NCBI RefSeq assembly: GCF_009834535.1
Contig: NC_045705.1
Span: 56,172,001-56,236,000, forward strand
Direction of reading: 5' to 3'
DNA: 64,000 nt
From: Camelus ferus
Lineage: Eukaryota
Under the pieces are notes generated by a model. It saw only the letters and a program-made list of their open reading frames with translations, made no database searches and was not told the origin of the DNA. This document shows, one piece after another, positions 36,286 to 48,951 of this stretch (position 1 is the first letter of the stretch; every line of letters starts with the position of its first letter). Both the position numbers and the translations under genes were made by a program.

Positions 36286-38482
36286 ACTTATTCCTCCTAA
36301 ATACTTACTTTTATTACTCCTTTATATATAAAATTTACAATATGAAAGTGGCATTATGAAAAGTCACTTGGGTACCTTGATTCCCTGTTACTAAGGTACA
36401 GAGTAGACTAGTCTGAATGCTATCTAGGAAAATTTGAGGTTAACTGAGACAGCTGGCCTTCTGCTTTAAGGTAAAAGGTCCATGATTTTAGGTACCAAAT
36501 ATGAAATAGGAATACCAATCTTGGGTCATTTTTAAAAGGGTTCTGCCAACACAGTGAGAACATGGGTTGAGGAATTAAGATCAGTCAACTAAAGGAGAGG
36601 CAAAGCTCAAAGGAAAGTAGCACTGAGAGGGTCTAGCTGGTGAGGGGTGGGAGGATGGTCTGTGAAGATTGCAGAGATGTCCTGATGAGAAAAAGGGAGC
36701 CTCAAATATCTCCCAGAATTGGAAAGCCTGAAGCCATCTTATGGCAAAACTAGTCAAGTAAAATGTTCTCTGTCTACAATTTTTTCTCCTCTGTTCCTAT
36801 ACTCCAACCTCTGAAAGATCATCAGCTGGGTGAAGAGGGAAGTGGTATGGGAGAAAGGGCTAGGAAGACAAACATCTCTTCCCTGTTGGGAAGGTGCTAT
36901 TTGCAACTGACTTCAGCTTGGAAAAAGTAAGAAATCTTACTTTTGACTGAAGATAGAAGCAGTTCACTAAAGGTTTTAATTATGAATTGTATTTTTTAAA
37001 TTGAATTGACATCAACACTTTCTTTTACCTAGGGATTACCTAGAATGTTATAGTATCTGCCCCAGTTTATATCAAACATCCAGGAATGGACTACCTACAT
37101 TTTAAAAGTTTAAAAGTGATAGGAGAAGATACCAAAAAAAAAAAAAAAAAAATTGTGCCTTTGTTTTTTTATTAACCCCCATGATTTCTGCTTTTTGTCT
37201 TGTCATGTTATGGAAGCATTTTTGAACTAGAACAAAATAGACACATAATATTTAGCTGTCAAAATTTATGATTTTATGAGTTATCTAAAGAAAAGGAATT
37301 GAAAAGTTAGAGTAAAACTACAGTTAATGTTTTACATTTGTTTGATGATATTTACTGTCTAGGGTGCTGAACATGGTACTTTCCACAATCATACTTAATG
37401 GGGCCACAAACTGGGAATTTAAAATTTGCCCTGATTGTAGAATACGCCCTGTGATATGATAAGGGCATAAGGATTTTAGATCAAGGGAAATATTGCTTTC
37501 CCGGAAAGGAATTTTTGAGTCCCATTAGGAAAATAAATAATACGGATTTTTTTCTTTGTCATGGGCAAAAAATATGGGACTAAATACTTGTAAGAGTGAT
37601 CACAGCATAATTCAGGCCAGAAAGGGATGTTCATTGCCACTCTCCTCCCTCTTCATATCTAACTTCCCTCTTAATGCCCCAGTCCTCTTCCTTCAATTTC
37701 CAGAATATTATGCTGTTTCAAGTCTCTTGCTTTTACATGTGGTAAAAATGTTTTTCCTTTCCTTGTCTGCCTTTATTCTAAATCCTTTCCTGGAACATTT
37801 CTTCACCTTCCACCCAAAATAGAATATGCCTTTCTTTATGTCCTTTGGCATGTTTATCATATGAATTATGATCCACTTATTTGACATCTGTTCCTTCTAC
37901 TCCACTGTTGTCTTTGTATTTTGTACTTACCTGGATGTCCCTTGATGTTTTTGCACATTTGGTTCTCAAGAAGTATTTGTTGGATAAATATAAGCTGTCT
38001 TTCTTAACTGGAGACTGATGGAATGCAGGCCTCGAATAAAATGAATAAGGGTAACTGCTACACATGGATGACTGCCTCATCTGGCATCAATCCTTTACCC
38101 CAAACCTTGACTTGCTATCTGATCTGTATGAGTAAAGTAGTCCCAGAGGGTCAATGTTAGTTACCAGTGAGGATTAAAAGGCAACATTTAAGTAAGAGAT
38201 ACACATTTTAATGTAATTGATGACTGGCTGTCATTTTGTGCTGGCATTAAAGCAATATCATTGATGATAACTTGTTCACATTATTTAAACAGATCGTTAA
38301 TGTCCCAAAGTGTCAAAAGACACATTGCAAATAAATGTAAGTTTAACATATATGGTTTGCTTTCCTACAAATTTCTAATGACTAGGGAATTGGTATTACC
38401 TCATAAAGTGGTATATTCGTCAACTGTTTATTACGCCATCTTGTTCTCTTTTTTACTCTCTCTTGTTCTCTCATGTGTTTGT

Positions 38483-38680
38483 TTTCCTATTGAAGTATAG
38501 TCAGTTTACAATGTTGTGTCAGTTTCTGGTGTACAGCATAATGTTTCAGTCATACATATACATACATATATTCCTTTTCATGTTCTTTTTCAATATAGGT
38601 TACTACAAGATATTGAATATAGCTCCCTGTGCTGTACAGTATAAATCTGTTTATCTATTTTATATATAGTAGTATCTGTA
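38483..38680 (-). mobile_element. Short lineage-specific L1 3' tail
   Basis: Same family as 17860-18020, in antisense (attgaagtatagtcagtttacaatgttgtgtc...). Confidence 0.85.
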
Positions 38681-40937
38681 AATCTCGTTGTTCTGTCATA
38701 TGTTACAAAAGTCTTGCAGATTCCTTTTCTACACCATCAGTATCAACTTTTCTACCACTGAATCTTTTTCTAAATATGCTTATCCTCTCACTCTCACAGA
38801 AAAATAAAGTATTAAAGTAAACAGACAGGGGATAATAGGCTAAATAGTGAAGAATATGGAGAAAATTCTAAATGTAATTAGCACAAAAGAAGATAAAAAC
38901 ATTATAAGCAACTGATTCAATAGCTATTACATTTATGTTTAGAAGGAACTCACCACTACTATCAGAGGAAGCCGTATGTCTCCACAGTGTCTTTGTGCCA
39001 GGTGCCAGGCTTGTCTTCCTGTAATGTTAGTTTTGTCTTCTGTCTTCTCTTAAGAAAATCAGAATAACCCCCTCTTCCCAAAGTCAAACACACTGACTGA
39101 CGTGCAAAGCCCTGCCCACTTCCTTGTCAGGTACACACACTTCCAGCCTCCTGGTCAGCCCTGCTCCCCACTTAAGTCCAATGTTGCTACCAGGTGGGTT
39201 GATTAGCCCCTAAACACACCTGTCATAATGTTCTCTGCTTCCATGTTATTGCTTCAGAAGATAATCTGAAATGAAAGAGTGCCTTGATGCATATAAAGCA
39301 ATAATTACTTTTTAGTTTTACATGGGGCACCCTAGGAAAGAATTTGAAATTTTTGATATTACAAAACTTGAGCAACATCTGTTGTTGCTTCTGTTTGGAA
39401 ATCCAGTTGTGTTTTGGTGGGGGGGGGGTTGTTTGTTTGTTTGTTTTGCTCTCATTAGTTTGCTTCCTTGTTTTAACCTTGACTAGTGAACATAAATGAG
39501 TTTACAAAATTTAGGTCAAGGGCTAACTATGTAATTAGAGTAATAATAACTCAGTGAGTAGTGTCCTTTTGGTGATAATTTTACTGCTGCTTTTCCTCCT
39601 CCCTGTATATGGTATCCCATATAATCATATATAATTTTTATATACATTGACATTAGCTGAATTAATGAAAATTGTATCCTCAGCTTAGAGTCCTCTATCT
39701 GAAAATTAAATGATTAAATGGAATTTGTACAAAATTCACCTTTACATGATTTATTAAAATTCATGAACTAGTAATAGGTAGCTTTTTGTTAGAACAGTGA
39801 AGTTGCTTTCTTGTTAATTAAGAGAGGAAAATATAAAGATTTAAAACTAACTGAAAGCATGCTGTCTTAGGACAGACTATAGAGAGGAAAACTCCAAATG
39901 GTCATTATTGTTTTCTGATTGATAACCACTGCAAATTTAGTGGTCTTGCATTTTAAACAACTTATACTAACAATATATGTAAGACAATGACAATAATGTA
40001 AGACAATAACTTTACACTCTGCAATTATGTCACCCCAGAGCGAGGTCCAGCAACCTGACTCTGAATTTCTTTCTGTGATCAGATGATGATTCTGGCCTAG
40101 AACCTATTTGATTTACATGGGTTATCAGGACATGAAATTCCATCAATGTTTCTGCAGAAATTGTTGGACTTTTTATAAGATTGGTCTGATAATACCCATC
40201 CTAATCACTGGAAGACCGCAGTCAGCTAGATAATATGAGAAATGTTGCTTGAGCTGGTACAAAGAAAGATAGCAGCTGTGAACAACAAGAAACTTACCAG
40301 CAAATGAGTAGAGAGGTCATCGGTCCACACATCAGAGTAAACAAAAAACAGGAGGTACGAAGTTACCGGAGATTCACTGATGTATAGACACACCAATGTA
40401 CCCCAACCTACAGCGTCTATTCATGCCTCTCTGATACTTTCCCAGTGGTCCAGAAGCCTCTGTGGAATCCAGCTCAGCAAGCTGTACTCAGAGGGAAAAA
40501 AAACTCCCTGAAAGATGAACTCTCAAAGTTGAGTGGAGCAAAGGAGAGTCATTCAGCATCCTATAAAGGGTAAATTCGATCTGTGGACAAATCTTAAGCC
40601 TCCTCTGTCTCTCTGGCGGAATTATGCTCCTCTTTTCCATGATTGTGAGTACCATGTGAAAAATCTTAGAGCAGTTTCACAGTGTATAACTGTGCCTTTA
40701 GGTATCTATTTCTATATCAAATTCAGAGCTTCTTCACATGCTCGAGTCTCCAGAGTCTCTCCATTCTAAAGCTGATGAAGCTGTAGCTGTGCCACAAGGC
40801 CACCAAGCTAAAGAGGCTGCCCAGAAAGCAGTTAACGGAGCCACTGGTGGTCCAGCTGTTTAAAACTGACCAGGGACCACGAAAAAGAAACTCATGCTTC
40901 ACAGAAGAAAAATACCTAAACATCAAAAGACTTAAAT

Positions 40938-41338
40938 NNNNNNNNNNNNNNNNNNNNNNNNNNNNNNNNNNNNNNNNNNNNNNNNNNNNNNNNNNNNNNN
41001 NNNNNNNNNNNNNNNNNNNNNNNNNNNNNNNNNNNNNNNNNNNNNNNNNNNNNNNNNNNNNNNNNAAAACAACAAAAAAGCTACAAAAAAAATANNNNNN
41101 NNNNNNNNNNNNNNNNNNNNNNNNNNNNNNNNNNNNNNNNNNNNNNNNNNNNNNNNNNNNNNNNNNNNNNNNNNNNNNNNNNNNNNNNNNNNNNNNNNNN
41201 NNNNNNNNNNNNNNNNNNNNNNNNNNNNNNNNNNNNNNNNNNNNNNNNNNNNNNNNNNNNNNNNNNNNNNNNNNNNNNNNNNNNNNNNNNNNNNNNNNNN
41301 NNNNNNNNNNNNNNNNNNNNNNNNNNNNNNNNNNNNNT
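40938..41338. other. Assembly gaps (N 40938-41065 and 41095-41338) with a 29-nt A-rich island
   Basis: Runs of N. Confidence 0.99.
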
Positions 41339-42477
41339 TTCTATAGGAACTCTTAATGAATCTACTGTTAGACTATTTAGAATCTACTAAAAGACTATTA
41401 GACCTAATGAGACAAACAAAGTGGCAGGATACAAGTTTGATATAGGAAAATCAATTATATTTATATACACTTGCAATGAACAATATAAAAAAGAATTTAA
41501 TAAAATAATTCAATTTATAACAGTATCAAAAATAGTTAAATATTCAGAAAAAATTTAACAAGAAAGTGAAAAACTTATACTAGGAAAATATCAAAACATT
41601 AATGAATGAAATTAGAGAAGATCATCAAAAATATTTTTTAAAAAAGATCTTTAAGACAATTTCCATTTATTAGTGGGAAAAATCCCATGTGAAGAAATAA
41701 GATTTAACCATGTTAAGATGGCAGTACTTCTCAGCTGATCTACAAATTCAATAAAATCCTTAACAAAATCATAGTTGACTTCCTTGTGCAAAATGACAAG
41801 CTTATTCTAAACTTCTTATGAAATTGCAAGACACAGAATGGTGAAAAACAATCCTATTAAAGAAGAATAAAAAAAGACAACTCACATTTCCAGATTTCAA
41901 AACTTACTGCAAAGCAACTGTGATCAAGACAATTTAGTTCTAAACATAAAGATAGACAAAACATATCAATGGAATAGAATTGAGACTCTAGGAACAAATG
42001 TATATATGTATGGTCAACCAATTTTCAACAAGGATGCCAAGACCATTCAATGTGAAAACACCATTTCAATAAATGCTAGGAATACTAGATAGCTGTATGC
42101 AAAGGAAAAAGAAGATTACACCATTTCAAAAATGAACTAAAAATAGATCAAAGATATAAATGCAAGAGATAAAACTACAAAACTTTCTTAGAACAAAATG
42201 TAAAGGTAAATTTTTATGATCTCAGATTTGGCAGAGGTTTTTAATATATGACACCAAAAGCATGAACTACAAAAGAAAAAAAAATGGACTTCATCAAAAT
42301 TAAAATATTTTGTGCTCCAAAGGAAAGGATACCACCAAGAAAGTGATATGACAACCCAGGAAATGGGGGAAAATACCTGCAAATCATATATGATAAGAGC
42401 CTTATATCTAGAATATATAAAATAATAAAAAGACAAAAAAATTTTCAATGGTCAAGGGACTTGAATAGACACTTCTC

Positions 42478-43114
42478 TTTTTTTATTGACGTATAACCAG
42501 TTTACAATGTTGTGTCAATTTCTGGTGTACAGCATAATATTTCAGTCATACATTTACATACATATATTCGTTTTCATATTCTTTTTCATTATAGGTTAAT
42601 ACAAGATATTGAATGTAGTTCCTTGTGCTATACAGAAGAAACTTGTTGTATATCTATTATATATATATATATACATATATATAGTAGTTAGTATCTGCAA
42701 ATCTTGAACCCCCAATTCATCCCTTCCCACCCTCTTCCCCCTCTGATAACCATAAGTTTGTTTTCTATGTCTGTGAGTCTGTTTCTGTTTTGTAAATAAG
42801 TTCATTAATATCTTTCTTTTTTTAGATTCCACATATGTGATATCATATAGTATTTTTTTCCTCTTTCTGGCTTACTTCATTTAGAATGACGATTACCAGG
42901 TCCATCCATGTTGCTGCAAATGGCATTATTTTATTCTTTTAATGGCTGAGTAGTATTCCATTGTATAAATATACCACAACTTCTTTATCCAATTATCTGT
43001 GAATGGTTTCCATGTCTTGGCTATTGGAAATAGTGCTGCTATGAACATTGGGAACATTGGGGTGCATGTATCTTTTCGAATTAGAATTCCCTCCAGATAT
43101 ATGCCCAGGAGTGA
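42478..43114 (-). mobile_element. Younger lineage-specific L1 3' end inserted antisense into the older L1 (5' part lost in the N gap)
   Basis: Poly-T then attgacgtataaccagtttacaatg...ccatccatgttgctgcaaatggcattatt...atgcccaggagtg. Confidence 0.9.
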
Positions 43115-43388
43115 NNNNNNNNNNNNNNNNNNNNNNNNNNNNNNNNNNNNNNNNNNNNNNNNNNNNNNNNNNNNNNNNNNNNNNNNNNNNNNNNNNNNNN
43201 NNNNNNNNNNNNNNNNNNNNNNNNNNNNNNNNNNNNNNNNNNNNNNNNTTTGTGGACNNNNNNNNNNNNNNNNNNNNNNNNNNNNNNNNNNNNNNNNNNN
43301 NNNNNNNNNNNNNNNNNNNNNNNNNNNNNNNNNNNNNNNNNNNNNNNNNNNNNNNNNNNNNNNNNNNNNNNNNNNNNNNNNNNNNNNN
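43115..43388. other. Assembly gaps with a 9-nt island (tttgtggac)
   Basis: Runs of N at 43115-43248 and 43258-43388. Confidence 0.99.
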
Positions 43389-43828
43389 TAAGGAAATGAT
43401 ACAAATAGCCAAAAAACACATGAAATGATGCTTGACATTATTGGTCATCAGTGAAATGAAAATTGAAGCCACAGTGAAATATTATTTTATACCCACTAGA
43501 ACAGTTAGAATAAAAGAGTCAAATAAGAACAAGTGTTAATGAGGATATGGAGAAATTAGAACCCTTATACACTGCCAGTGAAAATGTAAAATTTAAAACT
43601 ACTTTAGAAAAGTCTGGCAATTCTACAAACAATTAAAAATTCGAGTTACTATATAATCCAGTAATTCCACTCTGAAGTAAATAGCCAAGAGAAATGAAAT
43701 TACATGTCCACACAAAAAATATATACAAGAATATATATCTCAACATTATTGATAGTAGCCAGAAGGTGGAAATAAACCAAATGTTCATCAACTATCTGAA
43801 TGATAAACAAAATGTGTGATACACATTT

Positions 43829-44374
43829 TGATGAGTTTGAGGATTTGGGGAGTGATCAAGGAAAAGGTTTGACCACAAGATGGCAGTAGCACACACTGAG
43901 ATTTCTTGGGCAGCACTTTGACAGCTTGTATGGTAGGGCAAGTCCCACACAGCAGGAGACTTTCCAGAGGTAGTGGCCAGTGCCATCACTCCAAGGGGAA
44001 AAGGGCAAGGAAAATCCTGGAGCAGAGGGTAATTAGACAGGGGCATATGTTTCTTGATATTATCTTTCAGTGGCATGGAAGGTAGTCTCTGGGTCAGAGA
44101 GCCCTGGAGGGCAGCAGTGATTTGGAATCTTTTATAATCCCAGGGTTTGTCTTATCTATAGCTAGCAGAAGTTGGGTACAGTTTTGTGAAGTATACCAAT
44201 CAAGCAGTTTCTTTATGGTTGTCATTGTGTCTGTTTGGAATGTATTTGAAGCAATTGAATGTGAAGCATTTCAATTTGGTGCCAATGGGCTTGAACTCAA
44301 GGTCCTATTTGTTGAAGAAGTAAACAATATACAGATCAATGTACAGGGGCTATCTTTAATTCATTTACATAACA
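43829..44374 (-). mobile_element. Solo ERVL-type LTR (MER73/74/76/77-like)
   Basis: TG...CA termini; the minus strand begins tgttatgtaaatgaattaaagatagcc; it interrupts contiguous L1 sequence. Confidence 0.6.
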
Positions 44375-44774
44375 CCATAAAGTGAAATGTTATTCAGCCA
44401 TGAAAAGAACCAAAGTACAGATACAGGCTACATCAGTATGCTAAGTGAAAGAAAACAGCCACAAAATACCACATTATTTATTATTGCATTCATAAGGAAG
44501 TCCAGAGTAGGGAAATCTATTGAGCCAGAAAGTAGATTTATGATTCATCAGGACTAGACGGAGGATATGGGATAGAGGTGATAGCTAGTGTGTGAAATTT
44601 TTTTGAGAAGATAAAACAGTTGCCTATTTTGATGATTACACATATCTGTTAATATATTTAAAAACAGTGAATCGTATACTTTAAATGGGTGAGTTGCATA
44701 GTGTGCAAATTATATCTGAGAAAGCTGTTAAAATTTTAAAATGTAAGTAAAACAGTACTTAGCAAACTAGGCCC

Positions 44775-45110
44775 CTAAAAGTATGTACTTTTTAAATAAA
44801 GGAATGGAGAAAGATATACCATGCTAATGCTAATTAAAAGAAAGCTGGAAAAGTTATATTAATTTCAGAAAAGACATACTTTAAAATGAGAAAAATTATC
44901 AAGGATAAAGAAGGGCATTACGTTTTGATAAAGTGATTTCCAAGAAAACAGAACAAATCTTAATATTTATGCACCTAACAACAAAGCATCTAAATACCTA
45001 GGGTAAAACTGAAAGAATAACAAGGAGAAATAGAAATCCATCATAATATTTAGAGCCTTTAACATCTCTCTTTCAGTAACAGATTAAAAGCAAGCAGAAA
45101 ATGGATAGAA
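44775..45110 (+). mobile_element. L1 ORF2 endonuclease-region fragment
   Basis: ggaatggagaaagatataccatgctaat...aaggataaagaagggcattac...aatatttatgcacctaacaacaaagc. Confidence 0.75.
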
Positions 45111-45824
45111 ATCTGGGTCTCAGAAGTGTCCCTACTACTCAGAGAAGAAAGACCTCTGTAGGTTCCTAGACACAGAAACATTATTGTTTCTGGATTATCT
45201 GAGAGCTACCCAAATCAATTCAATTATTTTGGCCCAAGTTGCCTTCCTTTCATACTTCTGAAGTGTGCTGAGATTCATTCAGTTATCATTTTCTTTTGAT
45301 AGAAGTCTTTCCTGCTGGAAATATTTTTTTTTTCTCTCTTAAACAGAAAAATTTTAAATGCTTTAAAAATATTTTCATTTTAAGGTCCATTTTTGTGGGG
45401 AAATATTGTTGATCTAGACTACAGAGTCTATATTAGCACTTGAGTCATCTTGAAATCCACTTTTTTTTCATAAATTGAGGACCTTCTGAAGTGTAACCAA
45501 TAACTTCACTAGATGGTTGATGTGGTGACTCTTTTAGTTTCACAAACATTGATTGCTAATTATTAAAAGGAAAGTTATAGCTCTGCTAAATAGCCTAACC
45601 TGGGTTTAGTGACAATATTCTCTAATATGTCAACATGAATATAGAACAAAACCATGCCTTTATTCTCTATACTGAAAAGATACAGATTGCTATTACTGAG
45701 GTTTCTATCTAGTATCTTAAAATATTATTGATAATATTTCAATTCAAATATCTACGTTAGTATGAAATACTCTCACTAATATAAAAGTAGGGGAAGAAAA
45801 GTTGTGTTTTAGGGTCTCTTTCAC

Positions 45825-46766
45825 CTAAACTTTCTGTTGCTTGAATTTCTTGAGGATTCTGTCACGAATCTGCTTGGTCTTGACACTGTAGACAATGGGG
45901 TTCATGAAGGGTGGCACCAGCAAGTAAACATTAGCCATTAGCACATGGACAATTGGGGAAGCATGCTTCCCATAGCGATGGATCATCGATAACCCAATCA
46001 TTGGTGTATAGAAGGTGAGTACAGCACAAATGTGGGAGATGCAGGTATTGAGGGCTTTCATCCTCTCTGTCATGGAGGCTATACTCAACACTGTGCCAAG
46101 GATGAGGATATAGGAGAGGAGGAGGAGCACTGAATCAAGTCCCATGGAGCAGATGACCACCATGAGGCCATAGATGCTGCTCACTCGACGGCTGGATACA
46201 GTTGTCTTTATAAGATCTTGGTGCAGGCAGAAGGGGTAGGAGAGAACATTGACAGGATGATATTGGAGCTTCTTTAGGAGAAAGGAAGCTGGAAAGACCA
46301 GAGCCAAAGCCCTTCCAGCAATTACCAAAGCAATCCCAATGATTACATCATTGGTTAGAATGGTTGCATAGCGCAGGGGCTCTCGAATTGCTACCAAGCG
46401 GTCAAAGGCCATGGCCAACAGCACAGCTGACTCAATAATTGAGAAAACATGAATGAAGTACATCTGGACCAGGCAAGCATTGAAGGAGATCTCCCGGGCA
46501 TGGAACCAGAAGACACCTAACATGGTAGGCAAGGTTGTAGTGGATAGGCCCAGGTCAGTAAGTGCCAGCATTGATAGAAAGTAATACATTGGTTGGTGGA
46601 GGGAAGGCTCAGTTCTGATGATAAATAGAATGGTAATGTTCCCTGCAGTGGAGGTGGCGTAAACCAAGAAGATGGGGAGCGAAATCAAGCCATATCTGCT
46701 TTCAAGGCCTGAGAGGCCTGTCAGGAGGAAGCGAGGGTATAGGGCAGAGCTATTGAAGACAGACAT
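45825..46766 (-). CDS. Divergent OR51-family olfactory receptor (313 aa); possibly orthologous to human OR51P1P by position
   Basis: Intact ORF with NSS, LHQPMYYFL, MAFDRLVAI, CLHQD, KALNTCISH, HRYG and PPFMNPIVY. Acceptor ccccatatag| at 46791/46790. Subfamily assignment is uncertain. Confidence 0.88.
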   Translation of the reverse strand: MSVFNSSALYPRFLLTGLSGLESRYGLISLPIFLVYATSTAGNITILFIIRTEPSLHQPMYYFLSMLALTDLGLSTTTLPTMLGVFWFHAREISFNACLVQMYFIHVFSIIESAVLLAMAFDRLVAIREPLRYATILTNDVIIGIALVIAGRALALVFPASFLLKKLQYHPVNVLSYPFCLHQDLIKTTVSSRRVSSIYGLMVVICSMGLDSVLLLLSYILILGTVLSIASMTERMKALNTCISHICAVLTFYTPMIGLSMIHRYGKHASPIVHVLMANVYLLVPPFMNPIVYSVKTKQIRDRILKKFKQQKV

Positions 46767-46954
46767 TGTGCTGATGGAAGTACCTTCAGTCTATATGGGG
46801 AGACAAGAACATGGGACAATTAGGGTAAATGTCAGTATTGCAAAAAGAAGCAATGCTCTGATGCATGCTGCTCCATTTACTGTTTTCAATCATGCCTCTG
46901 CTCATTATATATAATTACCACCTGTATTATTTTACCAATTATTTTACTCTTTAT

Positions 46955-47450
46955 TGCACATTTATTGAGAACATGTTTTCTTAAAGGAAATCTGGTAGTG
47001 TTAAATATAAAGAAATATACAAGAAATGCCTTCAAATATTTACAACCTAGTGGATAGAGAGTGCTAAAATTAAAATAAATCATTAGTTTAAGGCAAGGTC
47101 CTTTAAAACACAGTAAGAGAAAACCTGACCCTAGGAGGTCAGGGAAGATTTACTGAAGGTAATTCTTGAATTAAGTCTCAAATGACAAATATGAGTTAGA
47201 TAGAAACAAAAGGCTATGTAAGACATTCTGTGCTGATTGACACCCCTGTAAATGCAGAAAGATATTAGTATTACAAGTGTAAGTGAATATATTTCAGCAA
47301 AGGTATAAGGTAGGGTGGCTCTTCAGATGGTTGTTGGAGCTAAGACTGAATAGAAATGGATCAGAATTTCTGAGGGAACTAATGTATAAATATAAAATGC
47401 TTGGACTTAAATCTTAGAAGACACAAGATAGTCATTCTAACAAAAAGTAA
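46955..47450. mobile_element. Degenerate L2
   Basis: tgcacatttattgagaacatg...aggtcagggaagatttactgaaggtaattcttgaattaagtctcaaatgacaaat. Confidence 0.5.
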
Positions 47451-48900
47451 AGTATTTGATCAGATTTATATTCTATCACTGTCAAACTACAATCAATGTT
47501 AAGAATGGTCTAAATGTAGACAAAAGAGAAGGCAGGGAAATCCTTTAAGAGGCTGTTAGAGTAATAACTTAAAAACAAAAGGATGAAAGCAAATGTAATA
47601 GTGGGTATGATAAAGGATAAATAGACACAAAAGTTATATGGGGAGAAAAAAAAAAACCCAAAATAATAGTTATCACATGCTGAGAATGAGAAAAGGAAAG
47701 AAACCCAGGACAAGTTATTTGGTAGATTTTGATGTCATTTATTGAAACAAACAAAAATTCAGGAGGACCTGCGTGAAAAGTTGGGGAAACTAGAGGGTAA
47801 AATTAGGATACATTTGAGGTATGTGTGTTGAGAAGCCAGTGGTATACTGGGCTTCATAGAAGGTTGTCAAAAGGGAAGTTACCCCTACTAAGAGAATTTG
47901 AAAAGATGCCTCGTAGAGCAAGGAGAGAGAGAGAGAGAAAAAAAAAAATGTTCCTAGGGGAAAAAAATCGAAACTACCACAAAAGGAACTCATGGCATGT
48001 TATAAGAAGAGTGTAAGAGCCTCAGTGCTTGGGGCTCAGGTGCTCAAGAGATGGAACGCACTGTAGGCCACACAAGAGGCAGAGTTTACCCGGGGCTGGA
48101 GAAGATGAGGCATTGTAGTGGGAACCATGGAGACTCCCATTACTTAGCAACATGCTGGCCATCCAATTCCTGTTACTCTGGGCATCAAACAGCGATAAAA
48201 TTTTTCACTTAGCGTATTTGCCAAAATTCCCAGAGTTTTCCCCAAATTCATATGGCCCCCAATCTATTTTGTTCCATTAATATATAATTATACTTTATAG
48301 TTTCCTCTGACAGACTTTTTTAAAAAAACTAATTTCTTAACCCTCCATGGGGGTCATGGTAACTTTTCCAGTCTGACACCACTTCTTCTTTCTTTTGAGG
48401 AGCGGATTCAGTAGGAAGAATTCTTTATATATTCTTGTCCTGTGATTTATGTACTATACTAATCATCACATAATAGGCAGTACTGGTCTTCATACACCTC
48501 CCTTACCTTCATCGCTTTTTTGGTCACAAACTTCTCCTGTCCCCTTAATCAACATGGAACAATAACTGCCATCACTTTAGCTCTTGCACACAATTATTTT
48601 CTTCTTTCTTGATACCCTTCCTCAAATCTTTGAATACCTTCAGAAACTCCACCCTGCCCAGGTATGCCAGGTCTTCCCCTTTAGATCACTTTCTCCTACT
48701 TCTTCATAGAAAAGTCTCTGACTTAGGATATTCATAATCCTTTTTCCATATAGGAGTCTATTGGCTATAGCCATAAGCACTCTGCTTTCGGTGGCTGCTC
48801 CTCTAGGGTCACAGAAATTCTGATGATAAATGTCATTCACATCTCCATCACTTTGGAGAGATGAATAAATCTCTTTGAGCAAACTAGGAATTGTATTTCT

Positions 48901-48903
<3 letters not shown>

Positions 48904-48945
<42 letters not shown>
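48904..48945. repeat. (TA)n microsatellite
   Basis: Directly visible. Confidence 0.95.

Positions 48946-48951
<6 letters not shown>

Larger units (their letters stand above)
41340..44760 (+). mobile_element. Old L1 (L1MB/MC-like) ORF2 and 3' UTR, interrupted by a younger L1 and an LTR
   Basis: L1 ORF2 motifs continue across the insertions: gaatagacacttctc | ... | aaggaaatgatacaaatagcc and aaatgtgtgatacacatt | ... | ccataaagtgaaatgttattcagcc. Confidence 0.85.
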
